In this document: positions 35,548 through 46,251 of the stretch, piece by piece
How the letters are laid out: every line of letters begins with the position of its first letter
How positions within the stretch are numbered: position 1 is the stretch's first letter
DNA from: Acinetobacter phage EAb13
Strand: one strand, 5' to 3'
DNA length: 64,000 bases
Sequence record: OQ717042.1
Translations under genes and position numbers: made by a program
The notes under the pieces: generated by a model
Database searches by the model: none
The model's input: the letters and a program-made list of their open reading frames with translations, nothing else
What the model was told of the DNA's origin: nothing

Positions 35548-38127
35548 ATGTCATTTTCATATGATTGCCCTGTAGAGCGTATCTTGGTTGACCGCCATAA
35601 TATTGCTGTCTGGGACCCATTCATCACAGAACACCTAAGTAAACCATCAAACTTTGTGGGCTTCGATATTGAAACATCACAACGTGATGCTCACGAAGGT
35701 ATCAAAAAATTGATGAAGACTGACGATGAAGGTTACAGCAAGGGCAAGAAATTAATTTTTGACTTTAAGCGAACCAAAATTGTCGGGGCTTCATTTTATT
35801 TTGGGCACACTGCAGGGACTAAAGCTTTCTATGTGAACTTTGACCATGCTGACAAAGAGAACACAATCAATATTGGTTACCTACTCCGCTGGATGGATTT
35901 AGCCAAAGCCAATAATGTCAACAACATTATCCACAACGTACAATATGAATATGCTGTTTTCCGTGGTTCATACAATTACGTGCTGCCACCAACGTTATGT
36001 TCTATGCAGCTATGCGTAACAGCTTATGGTCCAGATGAATATAAGAAAGCTGATTTAGCCATGGCTGTGTCCAATGGTGTGAAGTCGCTTATTCCTGAGA
36101 TCGAACGTGCTTTCACTAACTATGAACATGGCAACCTGACATTCCAACAACAGGAAGTGCTGGGCAAGTTCTGTGCAAAGTCTGGTGGTGCAGCCCATTC
36201 TTATGAAGGTATCATTAAAGGTATCTCTTATGGCTACGGTTTAAAGAAGGCTGTTAAGACGTGGTTCGGTTACCAGATGGAGGAATTTAAGGACACTTTA
36301 GGTGATTCTGCAGACATGGAAAGCCTAACGGGTCAACAGGTTCTGGCATATGGTGCCGATGATGCTATCTGGGCATATCGTTTATTTTTCCGTGTATATT
36401 CTTACCTGCAGCAAATTAACCCAGATGTTATTGCAACATACCTTGGCACAGAAAATCCTATTACCCGTGTGTTTGCTGAAACCACCATTGGTGGTATGAA
36501 GGTAAACCATAAAGAGATTATCGCTAAGCGTGACGAAATGCGTCATTCTGTGGCCGAGAAATTGGTTGAGTTCAAGCAATTGCTACGCCAACACATGCCG
36601 ACTGAACTACCGCCAATGCATGAAAAATTGGCTAAGTATGAGAAATGGTATAAGCCAGAATCGCACCAGAAGTATTTCAACTACATCTGGGATTGGTTAA
36701 ATATGTCTGACCAAGTGTCTGACTATGAGCTGTGCACACAGATTAAATGTGCCACGGGCAATGCATGGATTGAGGATGTGAAAGGGGTTGGGGCTAAGCC
36801 AAAAGCTGTGCTGTCAATTAACCATTACATGGCTCAACGCTACATCATGTTTACCATTTTTGATCTACCATGTTCTGCTGCAGGCGGTAAAATCAACAGC
36901 GACAAACTGGCACGTGCAGAAATGGCTGAGAAGCTGGGTGGTCATCCCCTGTTAGATATCTATGAAAAATTAAGTTCTGCAGAACAGGCATTCAAGCTGT
37001 ACATCACACCATATTTATGTCTGGTGGACCCTGAAACTGGATTAATGCATCCACAGCTTTCGTCAATGTTGGCTACACGTCGTACCAGTTGTTCTAACCC
37101 GAATGGTCAACAGTTGGCTAAACGTGGTGACTCTGTGTTTGTCCGTGGCTTTTTCCAAGCGGATGACCCAGACTCAGTGATTGTCTCAGCCGACTGGTCC
37201 GCTATTGAATTGGTTGGGGTAGCTGCAAACAGTCAGGACCCAGAGTTCTTGGCAGCTTATGGTCAACGACCACATAAAGATTTACATACGGCTGCAGCAA
37301 TGGGTGTACTTGGATTAAGTGTTGATGAGTTCAAGGAATTACCGAACAAGAAAGATATGCGTACAGTCTTGGGTAAAGGCTCTAACTTTGAATACTGGTA
37401 TTCTGGTTGGTTAATGAACACAGCTAAGAAAATGGGTTGGGACCTTGAACAGACTGCAGAAGCGGTACGTGGTTATACCAGCAAATTCCCTGTTGCCGAG
37501 AACTGGCGCTTAGCCTTGATTGAAGAATTGAAACGCAATGGCTTTGTTAAGATTGCCGATCATCATATTCGTACACGTTTTGAAGCTACCCAAGATTGGG
37601 CAGACATTATGTGGCAGGTATTTGATAGTTATGGCAGTTCGGCTATCTTGGACTTTGCACGTGAAGCCATTAAACGTATTCAACGTCGTGCTTGCAACCA
37701 AGGTGTGAACTTTGCCATTCAAGGTTTATGTGCTGCATTGGCTAAACAAACTATCTTACGTGTTATTGACCACGCTAAGAAAGAAAACTATGCTGCACGA
37801 TTCATGTTATTAATTCACGATGAATTGTTATTCTCTGTGCCACGTAAAGAAGCTGCTAAGTTCTGTGACTTCTTATACAACGAAATGATTCAGGATTCAC
37901 CGATGTTCCCTAACGTGAAGATCGACAGCTCTGTGGCCGTAGGTTATACCTTCCAGCCATTTGACAAAGTGAATGCACCATTTGGGCAGATTGAATTGCA
38001 TGAAATGCAGAAAGGTGTACCAGTAATACCAGAGGACCGTTGGGAAGCTAAAGCAACAGCCGAAGAACGTGACTTGATCATTGATTATTTAACAATAGGT
38101 AGAGCATCGGGAGTAGCATATGCTTGA
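35548..38127 (+). CDS. DNA polymerase, family A (T5/T7-like) with 3'-5' exonuclease domain
   Basis: Exo I FVGFDIETS, motif A DWSAIELVGVA, motif B KGSNFEYWYSG, motif C LLIHDELLF. Confidence 0.9.
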   Translation: MSFSYDCPVERILVDRHNIAVWDPFITEHLSKPSNFVGFDIETSQRDAHEGIKKLMKTDDEGYSKGKKLIFDFKRTKIVGASFYFGHTAGTKAFYVNFDHADKENTINIGYLLRWMDLAKANNVNNIIHNVQYEYAVFRGSYNYVLPPTLCSMQLCVTAYGPDEYKKADLAMAVSNGVKSLIPEIERAFTNYEHGNLTFQQQEVLGKFCAKSGGAAHSYEGIIKGISYGYGLKKAVKTWFGYQMEEFKDTLGDSADMESLTGQQVLAYGADDAIWAYRLFFRVYSYLQQINPDVIATYLGTENPITRVFAETTIGGMKVNHKEIIAKRDEMRHSVAEKLVEFKQLLRQHMPTELPPMHEKLAKYEKWYKPESHQKYFNYIWDWLNMSDQVSDYELCTQIKCATGNAWIEDVKGVGAKPKAVLSINHYMAQRYIMFTIFDLPCSAAGGKINSDKLARAEMAEKLGGHPLLDIYEKLSSAEQAFKLYITPYLCLVDPETGLMHPQLSSMLATRRTSCSNPNGQQLAKRGDSVFVRGFFQADDPDSVIVSADWSAIELVGVAANSQDPEFLAAYGQRPHKDLHTAAAMGVLGLSVDEFKELPNKKDMRTVLGKGSNFEYWYSGWLMNTAKKMGWDLEQTAEAVRGYTSKFPVAENWRLALIEELKRNGFVKIADHHIRTRFEATQDWADIMWQVFDSYGSSAILDFAREAIKRIQRRACNQGVNFAIQGLCAALAKQTILRVIDHAKKENYAARFMLLIHDELLFSVPRKEAAKFCDFLYNEMIQDSPMFPNVKIDSSVAVGYTFQPFDKVNAPFGQIELHEMQKGVPVIPEDRWEAKATAEERDLIIDYLTIGRASGVAYA

Positions 38128-38851
38128 AGTAAATAAATTAGATAGTTTGGAAGTACCACAACCAGACAGTAGACAAGAACTTTCAATTCACCAGATGCAG
38201 TTTTATAAAACTCAAGCAAAAGGTTACATTGATAAATCTAATGAACTTATGAAGGGTATAGCTACAGACTATATCCCTAAAGAAATCGAGATTGGTAAAA
38301 TATATACGTGTATCAAACACCCTACAGATATAGCATCTGTGTTCCCACACGCGCCTGCTATGTATGCTAAGTTATTGAAAGATAACAAATTATGTTTACA
38401 TTATGCCAATGCTGATTTTGAAAATCGTGAGTGTAAAGTTATTAGTATATCCCTGTACCAGATCAGCCTTGAGTTAGGTTTGTTACGCTGGGAAATTACA
38501 GTAGAAAACCCAGAGCGTAAATTATTTACAGCTCTCTACGCAACCAAGATATCGCCAAGCCCATACCCTAAACTAACCATGGATGATGTTTTTATATTGT
38601 TAGCCATGAGTGGCCTAGAAGCAGGCAACATCGGTGATAATACTATTTATATTGCCAAAAACGTTAATGGTGCAGTATGTACTTTCGTAGGTAGTGTGCC
38701 TGCTGACTGGGTTGTTAAGGGTACTCCTGTCATTCCAGAAGGGGTTACTACTTGGGTGCAATTCATGAGCAACCCTAACAGCCACATGGTAAATCTTGAC
38801 GATAAACTTTTTTCGTTAGATGAATGGCTCAGCTATTGCAATGCAACCTAA
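38120..38851 (+). CDS. hypothetical protein (243 aa)
   Basis: ATGCTTGA overlap with the polymerase gene. Confidence 0.6.
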   Translation: MLEVNKLDSLEVPQPDSRQELSIHQMQFYKTQAKGYIDKSNELMKGIATDYIPKEIEIGKIYTCIKHPTDIASVFPHAPAMYAKLLKDNKLCLHYANADFENRECKVISISLYQISLELGLLRWEITVENPERKLFTALYATKISPSPYPKLTMDDVFILLAMSGLEAGNIGDNTIYIAKNVNGAVCTFVGSVPADWVVKGTPVIPEGVTTWVQFMSNPNSHMVNLDDKLFSLDEWLSYCNAT

Positions 38852-38945
38852 GACTCAGTAGTATTACTTAAAACTACTCTTTGGTTAAGCCCTTATCAGT
38901 TTATCTGGTAAGGGATTTTTACAGGTTAAATTTATTGAGATACAT

Positions 38946-39164
38946 ATGTCTGAAAAAACAGATGAGCTTGAATACCAAGCAATACAGCTTCATTTTAATG
39001 AAGCCATGCATAAAGCACAGCAAGCTGGAAAGCACGACTTGAAGCCAAAAGGGACCTGCCATAACTGTGAAGAAACAGTTGAAGATGGTAAGCTTTTTTG
39101 CGACCAAGATTGCACCGAAGATTATGAAAAACGCAAGTTCGCACGGTCACAAAGGTTGTATTAA
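38946..39164 (+). CDS. Cys-rich zinc-ribbon protein (72 aa)
   Basis: C-x2-C ... C-x3-C (CHNC...CDQDC). Confidence 0.5.
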   Translation: MSEKTDELEYQAIQLHFNEAMHKAQQAGKHDLKPKGTCHNCEETVEDGKLFCDQDCTEDYEKRKFARSQRLY

Positions 39165-39166
39165 GT

Positions 39167-39694
39167 ATGATTAAAAAACACGGGATTAAATCTAATTCTA
39201 GTGGGGAATCAGCTACCAAAGCCAGAAGCGTCAAGTCAAATGGTAAAGCTACGGAGAAAACCGTAGCTTATCTTTTGCGCCAAGCTTATGCGACACAGGT
39301 AGAAATTCTTCGCTTACCAGATAAGTATGATACTGGCCGACATGAAGATACACGACCTAGTGACTTCGTTGTCATATTAAATCCAAATGATCGTGGCCTA
39401 GTCGGTGTCTCAAACACTTTCTATGTTGAAGCCAAGGAAACTGGTGCTGACAAGAACACTTGGTCGTTACTGTCAACATTCCGAAATGGTCAGCTTCAAG
39501 CCATGATACGTGCAAATAAATTGAGCATTCCATACTTTGTAGTGTTTCATTATTTGCATAACAAAAAGATTTACTTGGTCCCAAGTACAGTTATTTTGGA
39601 CCTTTACATGAATGGTAAAAAATCCATCCCGAAAGATGTTATTGCTCAATATCCTTGGGAAGATGGACGACTTTACAACTACTTTAGAAAATAA
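39167..39694 (+). CDS. PD-(D/E)XK-type nuclease-like protein (possible junction resolvase/VRR-NUC-like)
   Basis: PSDFVVI ... FYVEAKETG matches the D...(D/E)xK arrangement; this is a motif-level call only. Confidence 0.45.
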   Translation: MIKKHGIKSNSSGESATKARSVKSNGKATEKTVAYLLRQAYATQVEILRLPDKYDTGRHEDTRPSDFVVILNPNDRGLVGVSNTFYVEAKETGADKNTWSLLSTFRNGQLQAMIRANKLSIPYFVVFHYLHNKKIYLVPSTVILDLYMNGKKSIPKDVIAQYPWEDGRLYNYFRK

Positions 39695-39722
39695 TTTTTA
39701 ACCGACTCTTGGAGAACTAACC

Positions 39723-40409
39723 ATGGCTAAGAAAGAAACTACACGCAAGCACGAACGCTACCACCATTTCATGGTTGACTGTGAAACTTTAGGGGTGCTT
39801 CCAAACACTCACCCTGTATTGCAGATCGCAATCGTGGAATTTGACCCAGTTACATTCACGGCCACTGGTAAAGAACTAACCATGTTCTTACCATTGGTTG
39901 AACAGTTAAAAGCTGGTGCTAAGCCAGATCAAGGTACTGTGAAATGGTGGAGTGAACCTTCTAAGGCTAAGGTATTAGAGGAAGTAATGGCTGGCGTAAA
40001 TGCTGCAGATACCATGGAAAAAACACTATTAAAAATTTACCATTGGTTATCGGATGCTTGCACAATTGAAGGTAGCACCGAACTTGGTAAAACCATGTTC
40101 TGGGCAAAACCTGCAGCGTTTGACTTTCCATTCATTGATGGTTTGTTTGCAAAGTTTGGTGTACCTAGTCCATTCATGTACCGTAATGTGATTGATGTGC
40201 ACAGCTTCATTATTTCTAATTTTATCAATACACATCGTGCTACCCAGTATTATGAAATCGACTACTGGCAAGCTCAGCAAATGTATTGGGAAGCCATGAA
40301 AGATATTGAAGCCAATGAAGAAGATGCCCACAACGCGACGCACGACTGTCATTTCCAGATTGATTGGTTGCGTAACGCTGTATTAAACACTCAAAAATAT
40401 TTCGATTAA
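39723..40409 (+). CDS. DEDDh-family 3'-5' exonuclease (DnaQ-like)
   Basis: Exo I MVDCETLG; Exo III HNATHDCHFQI. Confidence 0.7.
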   Translation: MAKKETTRKHERYHHFMVDCETLGVLPNTHPVLQIAIVEFDPVTFTATGKELTMFLPLVEQLKAGAKPDQGTVKWWSEPSKAKVLEEVMAGVNAADTMEKTLLKIYHWLSDACTIEGSTELGKTMFWAKPAAFDFPFIDGLFAKFGVPSPFMYRNVIDVHSFIISNFINTHRATQYYEIDYWQAQQMYWEAMKDIEANEEDAHNATHDCHFQIDWLRNAVLNTQKYFD

Positions 40410-40498
40410 TTATTGACATGGCATATTGATTTATTCATTATGACTAAAGACTGACCGCAAGGTCAGTCTTTTTATCACCTAAATAAAAGGAAACAGGC

Positions 40499-40762
40499 AT
40501 GGGTCCATTTTTTACACCACCACCTTACGCTATCCCAATGGCTAAATTTACTATACGAGATCACTTCGCTGGTCTGGCAATGCAAGGTATGTTGGCTAGT
40601 ATTGAAGATCAAACTCAATTAGACCGCTTACGCGACTGGGCAAGAAAGAACAACCAAACTCTTGCTGAATTTATAGCGTCAGACAGCTATAAACAAGCTG
40701 ACGCTATGATTGCAGCACGAACTCAACCAGCGGCTTACGGCCCAGCAAAAGAGAGCAAATAA
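40499..40762 (+). CDS. hypothetical protein (87 aa)
   Basis: AAAAGGAAACAGGCATG RBS. Confidence 0.5.
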   Translation: MGPFFTPPPYAIPMAKFTIRDHFAGLAMQGMLASIEDQTQLDRLRDWARKNNQTLAEFIASDSYKQADAMIAARTQPAAYGPAKESK

Positions 40763-40763
40763 C

Positions 40764-41192
40764 ATGAATATATTCCCAACCGAAGCACAAGCTGAATTAC
40801 CTGAATCACCATACACACCAGTTCAGCAAGCATTCATGGAAGCTGTGGCTGCAGGTGTATTCCCACAAATTAATTATTATTTTTCCATTAATGATTACTT
40901 TAGTTTAAATAGCAGCGGTGATTTTGAAAACACTGATACTTATGTTGCTTTTAAAATTTTTGAAGCTGGCTACATCTACCGCAATACTCAAGATGAGCTT
41001 GTAAAAGCTACACTTGCAGATGAACAGTTTGAAGATGAAGTATTGGCTGCAGTATCTGGTCACGAACCTAGTAAGCCTTTGATTTCTAAGAAATTAAAAG
41101 ATTTCATCATGATTATGGCTGTGTTATTTATTGGTGCCGTGATTGGTTATTTTACAAACTTTGCTCACTTAAATAGCAAAATTCATTTCTGA
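40764..41192 (+). CDS. hypothetical protein with C-terminal TM anchor (142 aa)
   Basis: ATG with AAAGAGAG RBS; ORF-track start 40710 rejected. Confidence 0.5.
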   Translation: MNIFPTEAQAELPESPYTPVQQAFMEAVAAGVFPQINYYFSINDYFSLNSSGDFENTDTYVAFKIFEAGYIYRNTQDELVKATLADEQFEDEVLAAVSGHEPSKPLISKKLKDFIMIMAVLFIGAVIGYFTNFAHLNSKIHF

Positions 41193-41199
41193 GAAGCTT

Positions 41200-42288
41200 A
41201 TGCCACAGCCTAACAATAAACAACGTAACCCTTTTATCATTACCCCAATGGGTAATTGTTTACAGGGTATCGGTGACACCCACTTTGGCCGTGTATTCAA
41301 AAACGACGTTCGCTTAGAACGTCGTGGTGAATATGAAGCTATGCAATGGGCCAAAGCACAGCAGCTTTTAAATGCTAAACATGATCAAGTTGAAACAGTA
41401 AAGGTCCAAGCTGGCGATTGGTTTGATAAACCAACGGTTGCTTTGAGTGTGATTAAAAAATCAATTGACACTTTGGAAAATTATGCTGAGGACCCTCAGC
41501 AGGTTGAACCTTTATTCATTATTTCTGGCAACCATGATGATGCCAAAAATACATCAGATGTAACAGCTTGGGACCTATTAGCTGATACCATGAAAAACAG
41601 TGCCAAGAATAAACTTGGTAAAGTACGCTTTGTTAAGGACTACGAGGTACATACTTATGCGAATGGTGAACAAATCTTATTTATTGGTTGGAATATTGCC
41701 AATACTGCTTGTGATGCTTTACTTCGCGCTATTGAAGAAGGCCATAATGCTATAACCACTGTGGTCTGTCACTTAGATAAAATCAGCTATGGGAATGATG
41801 AAAATGTCATTCCCTATGAATTTTTCGCTCACCATGGAATCAAAATGGTTGTGAGTGGTCATGAACATAAACCTTATCATTTCTTTGACAACGGCATGGA
41901 AATTATCGGGACTGGTTCATTACTACCATATAGCCATGCTGAGGACGACGGTGAAGAAATCTATGTGACCTTCCACTCCATTAATGAGTTTGAAGAATAC
42001 TCTTTAGATAACAACATTTGCGATAAACATGTTCGTCTGATTCTGGATGAAAATGATCAAGAGCGTTTAGACGAGCTGGCAAATGTTTATACCCTCAGCT
42101 TGAAGATTGTCAAGAAAGGTGTGGATGTAGAAGTTCTGGACATGGACAACGCAGGTGTAAACCAAGTTACCTTGCAAGCCTATGATGCTAAAAGTGTCTG
42201 GGAAAGTGCCGTGGCTGAGACTGGGTTAGAGCCAGTTACTGGTCAATTGGTATGGCATGAAATTCAAGCGAAAGGGGTAGAGGAATGA
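41200..42288 (+). CDS. SbcD/Mre11-type nuclease (calcineurin-like phosphoesterase)
   Basis: Motifs GDTHFG, ISGNHDD, SGHEH. Confidence 0.8.
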   Translation: MPQPNNKQRNPFIITPMGNCLQGIGDTHFGRVFKNDVRLERRGEYEAMQWAKAQQLLNAKHDQVETVKVQAGDWFDKPTVALSVIKKSIDTLENYAEDPQQVEPLFIISGNHDDAKNTSDVTAWDLLADTMKNSAKNKLGKVRFVKDYEVHTYANGEQILFIGWNIANTACDALLRAIEEGHNAITTVVCHLDKISYGNDENVIPYEFFAHHGIKMVVSGHEHKPYHFFDNGMEIIGTGSLLPYSHAEDDGEEIYVTFHSINEFEEYSLDNNICDKHVRLILDENDQERLDELANVYTLSLKIVKKGVDVEVLDMDNAGVNQVTLQAYDAKSVWESAVAETGLEPVTGQLVWHEIQAKGVEE

Positions 42289-44456
42289 TTCATACATTAA
42301 CTATGAAAAATTGGGCCAAACATCACGAACGGACCTTCTATTTTGAGGAAGGTCTGAACATGATTCGTGGTTTAAATGAGGGTGGAAAATCCCTCATTTT
42401 TGAAGCCATTGATTATGCACTGCACGGTTCGGTGGCCCTTCGTCTGCCTGTGTCAATGTACCCGAATAACTTATCGTCAGAGCTGGAACTTACTATCCGT
42501 GGCAATCGCTATCGTATTCAGCGTTCCCCTAAAATGGCGATACTCACAGACGTAGCCACGGACACGATACTTGCCAAAGGCACAAAGCCAGTTGATCAAG
42601 AGATTCGTAAAATTCTTGGTTACAGCCGCAGTGTCTTTATGGTTTCTAATTACAGCTCTCAGGGTGCCATTCACCAGTTGTCGAACTTGAAACCTGCAGA
42701 ACGTAAAAAAGTTATTGACAACGTGGTTGGCTTGACTGCTGTAGAGGAAGTTATTGCTGACCATAAGCTTGAACTGTCAGCTCTCAATAAAGTGCTTGCT
42801 GGTTATAAAGCACGTATTCCTGAGACTGTACCAGTTAAGCCTGAGCGTGAACTACCAGATAATGTGTCGTCTCAGAAAATGTACCTTCGTGAAGAAATGA
42901 CTCGCGTAAATGGTTTCATTTCACGTCAGGAAAACATTAGTGTTACCCGTGCACGTTTATTGGCTAATAAACCAGAGCAGCTTCATTTTGATGAAGTGCG
43001 TTTGCAGAAAATGTTAATCCCTGCAGGTGTTGACCGTGCTGCAGCAGCTTATCATGATGCTACTTTAGCCAGTAAGAAAGAAACACTGGCTAATCAACAG
43101 GCTCAAATTGAAAAGGAAAAGGCACCTGCTGTTTATCCTGAACCTAACCGTCAATATTTGGTGGAAGGTTTGACTGCTGAAATAGTGTTAAATTACAAAC
43201 AGAAGCGTAAAAGTCTGACTGAAAAAATTGAGTCAGCAATGGAAGCTCGTAATGCTTTAGACACTAAAAAGCAAGGGATGAAATACTACCCTCAGTCAGA
43301 ACTTGATGAACTGTATGTGGCTGAAAGACTGTACAACGATTGGCTGAAAGTACAGGATTTAAAGTCTAAAGGGTCATTGACTTGTGATAATTGTGGTTCA
43401 GAAATTCATTTGATGAAAGACCATCTAGCGCATTATGAACATGTACCAGATCAGGTTACTAAACCACATGTTGAGTATCATGAAGCAGTTAGAGCCAATG
43501 AAGCTTACGACAAAATCTCAAATGATTTTGCAGAAGCTTGCGAGAACGTTATAGGTTTAATGGCTGATCGTGATGAATTGGACTTGCAGTGGAACTATTC
43601 TGACTACCAGTTGGAAATGCACTTCCAAACTGTAAAAGCTCTCGAAGACTGGCAACGTAGCTTAAAAGAATATGAAGACTACAAATTCCGTGTAGGCTCA
43701 TTAAAAGATAGCTGTGAAAAATTAAAAGCTGAAATCACCGAACTGGAAACCAACTGGTACGATGAAAAAACCTTGGCAGACAATTTCTATGCTATTGATG
43801 AGTTCGCCAAGCTGGAAAAACAAAATGCCAGTTTGCTTATATGGCAACAGAACTTTGACACCTTACCAGAATACGCTGGTGATGAAGCTGTAGCTTTAGC
43901 CAAGCAAGAGCTTAAAGAAATCAATGAAAAGGAAGATGAACTACTGGCCTTGGAATATGAGTGGGATATCTATAAGCGTGATAAAGCTGCTTATGATGAT
44001 GTTTATTCTGAGTATGAAACGGCCAAGACTCAAGTAGATGCTGAAAAGGATGTGATTGATACATTGCAGCTTTATAAAGCCAAGATCAAATCAACCATTC
44101 TGCCTAGCGTAAATTCTGTGGCATCTTCATGGATTCAGCGCATGTCTCTTGGTAAACATGCGAGTGTGACCCTGACTGACGACATGGAAATTTTGGTGAA
44201 CGATGAACCAATTGAAGCACTTTCTATTTCGGGTCGTGCTTTGGGCCATTTAAGCTTACGCATGGCTTTGGGTCAGGTGTTGACGAATAGTATTTTCCCA
44301 GTGTTCATGGCTGACGAAGTGGATGATTCTATGCGTAATGAAAGAGCACAGGCTGTGCTTGACAGCTTGGTAAAAATGCTGGATGGCTCAGTGAAACAGA
44401 TCATCATGATCTCACACCGAGAGCTGGAAAATATTCAAAATATTATTGAGGTGTAA
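42285..44456 (+). CDS. SbcC/Rad50-type ATPase
   Basis: Walker A GLNEGGKS; central coiled coil with zinc-hook CDNCGSE; C-terminal MADEVDDSM; ATGA overlap with the sbcD-like gene. Confidence 0.8.
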   Translation: MIHTLTMKNWAKHHERTFYFEEGLNMIRGLNEGGKSLIFEAIDYALHGSVALRLPVSMYPNNLSSELELTIRGNRYRIQRSPKMAILTDVATDTILAKGTKPVDQEIRKILGYSRSVFMVSNYSSQGAIHQLSNLKPAERKKVIDNVVGLTAVEEVIADHKLELSALNKVLAGYKARIPETVPVKPERELPDNVSSQKMYLREEMTRVNGFISRQENISVTRARLLANKPEQLHFDEVRLQKMLIPAGVDRAAAAYHDATLASKKETLANQQAQIEKEKAPAVYPEPNRQYLVEGLTAEIVLNYKQKRKSLTEKIESAMEARNALDTKKQGMKYYPQSELDELYVAERLYNDWLKVQDLKSKGSLTCDNCGSEIHLMKDHLAHYEHVPDQVTKPHVEYHEAVRANEAYDKISNDFAEACENVIGLMADRDELDLQWNYSDYQLEMHFQTVKALEDWQRSLKEYEDYKFRVGSLKDSCEKLKAEITELETNWYDEKTLADNFYAIDEFAKLEKQNASLLIWQQNFDTLPEYAGDEAVALAKQELKEINEKEDELLALEYEWDIYKRDKAAYDDVYSEYETAKTQVDAEKDVIDTLQLYKAKIKSTILPSVNSVASSWIQRMSLGKHASVTLTDDMEILVNDEPIEALSISGRALGHLSLRMALGQVLTNSIFPVFMADEVDDSMRNERAQAVLDSLVKMLDGSVKQIIMISHRELENIQNIIEV

Positions 44457-44457
44457 T

Positions 44458-44724
44458 GTGGCTGTAGATGTTGAAAGACTACTGGCTGAGTTTGACGTTA
44501 TTACACAGAACACAGCATCCAAAGATAGAGTCTTGTTTTTACTTTTAAAAGAAATTCAAGATGAGTTACCCAACACAGATGAAGGCTCAGAATGGTTTCA
44601 TGCAGCTTTCAGAAAAATAGACGTATCTGGTAGTGGTTATCGTGATATGGCAATTTATATTTTACTTGGTGATACTTCCGCTTTTTGGGAACTTTACCAC
44701 AGACTAGATGGAGAACAGGCATGA
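44458..44724 (+). CDS. hypothetical protein (88 aa), GTG start
   Basis: GTG with GAGG RBS; ORF-track TTG at 44446 rejected. Confidence 0.45.
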   Translation: MAVDVERLLAEFDVITQNTASKDRVLFLLLKEIQDELPNTDEGSEWFHAAFRKIDVSGSGYRDMAIYILLGDTSAFWELYHRLDGEQA

Positions 44725-45005
44725 GCAAATCAGACCGCATTAGTTTATCAGAAATATTAGCTGAAATTGGTGACGACAATTATAAGTTGCAACCACTGAG
44801 CAATTGCATAAAAGGCTTTAAGCAAAATAAACGGGATACAACCATTGAGTTTTATACAGGACATGAAAATACTCCTGAACTTGTGGCTGGACCTACCTTA
44901 ACAATTGACACACCTAAGATTGGTGTAATTCTTTGGATTGATCGTGAAGATTATGACAAAGCATACAAAGCACTTTTGGAAAAACAAAAAGGTAAAACTG
45001 AATGA
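44721..45005 (+). CDS. hypothetical protein (94 aa)
   Basis: ATGA overlap start, preferred over 44685. Confidence 0.45.
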   Translation: MSKSDRISLSEILAEIGDDNYKLQPLSNCIKGFKQNKRDTTIEFYTGHENTPELVAGPTLTIDTPKIGVILWIDREDYDKAYKALLEKQKGKTE

Positions 45006-45442
45006 AAACAATCCACGAACTGGTTAAAGACCAAGAGAAGTTATCTCTAAAAATTAAAGAGCATCAAAACGAAATTCGTCTGCTTCAACAAGGTATTGTA
45101 GATAGTTGTAATGAAATTAAAGAACGTTTTGGACCAAAAGAGTTATTAGGTCATGTTTTTACCATTAAAGCTTATTCCAATGTGGCTACAGCCAATGAAG
45201 AAATACAAGCTTTTGAAGCTCTGAATGACCGTATCTTTATGGTTAAAAAATATGGTACTGGTTATAAGAAAATCATGGAAGGTCGCTTATGCAAAGTGAT
45301 TGCCATTGACCTTATGAACATCATGGCTGATAAAAGAGAAATCCGCTGGATGATTACAGCTATACCAGCCAACGCCAACGGTCAATTTGGTAATTTAATT
45401 ATTCGTACCAACGTTATTGACAAAGTATCACTAAGTGATTAA
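45002..45442 (+). CDS. hypothetical protein (146 aa)
   Basis: ATGA overlap; a terminator follows. Confidence 0.55.
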   Translation: MKTIHELVKDQEKLSLKIKEHQNEIRLLQQGIVDSCNEIKERFGPKELLGHVFTIKAYSNVATANEEIQAFEALNDRIFMVKKYGTGYKKIMEGRLCKVIAIDLMNIMADKREIRWMITAIPANANGQFGNLIIRTNVIDKVSLSD

Positions 45443-45470
45443 TGTGTAATAGCTTACTCGACAAAGCGAA

Positions 45471-45499
45471 CACTCCAACTTGATTGGGGTGTTTTCTTT
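45471..45499 (+). terminator. rho-independent terminator (CACTCCAA-cttga-TTGGGGTG + TTTTCTTT)
   Basis: 8-bp stem (one G-U) followed by a T-run. Confidence 0.55.
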
Positions 45500-45537
45500 A
45501 ACCTAAAATTTTTTAACCTACCATTATGGTGAACTAA

Positions 45538-46251
45538 ATGACTGATCAACAAGCACTTCCAGCAAACGTACAAGAAAATTATCGTGAGCTTTCACACTTG
45601 GGTTTCGGGGCCATTTCTCGTTTAATCAATCTCCGTGCTGGCCGTACCCCTGCAACATCTGTAGAAGCTTCAACTGTTATCCAACAATTCAACCTCATTG
45701 AATCAGAATTACTTGAAGGTAAACGTGCTGCTGCAGAAGGTAACGTTGAGCAAGTTCGTGATGCCATTGCTGATATTATTCTGTTAGCTGCTGGTCAAGA
45801 AGGCCACATCCAAGAATTAGATGTTGCCGAAGACTTTAAACGTATGTGTGCGTTTAACATGACTCGCATTCCTACATCACGTGATGAAGCTGCAGCTACT
45901 GTAGAGAAATATGCAGCCATTGGTGTTGAAGCAGTTATGCTTGACCCTATCACTGTTGGTGGTACTGATTTATTCCCAGTAGTTACTGCAGATAAAGAGC
46001 AATGGGATACTCAGAAAAACGAACACTACCCACCACGGAAGTTCTTGAAATCAATAAATTTTGTTGATGTAACGTATGAGCCTTTGATGCTTACTGAAAT
46101 CGTAGGCGGTGGTGTTGATGTAGAACACTTGGTAGGTACACAATTCACATCTAATCATTTGGACATGATCAAAACTGAACTTGAGCAAGAAAACTTGTTA
46201 AGTGAGGAAGTGGTTGAAGTTCTTGAACGTCTTGTAGGAAAACGCGCTTAA
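45538..46251 (+). CDS. MazG-like nucleoside triphosphate pyrophosphohydrolase
   Basis: All-alpha NTP-PPase motif pattern IESELLE...EQVRDAIADIILLA (EExxE ... ExxD). Confidence 0.6.
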   Translation: MTDQQALPANVQENYRELSHLGFGAISRLINLRAGRTPATSVEASTVIQQFNLIESELLEGKRAAAEGNVEQVRDAIADIILLAAGQEGHIQELDVAEDFKRMCAFNMTRIPTSRDEAAATVEKYAAIGVEAVMLDPITVGGTDLFPVVTADKEQWDTQKNEHYPPRKFLKSINFVDVTYEPLMLTEIVGGGVDVEHLVGTQFTSNHLDMIKTELEQENLLSEEVVEVLERLVGKRA

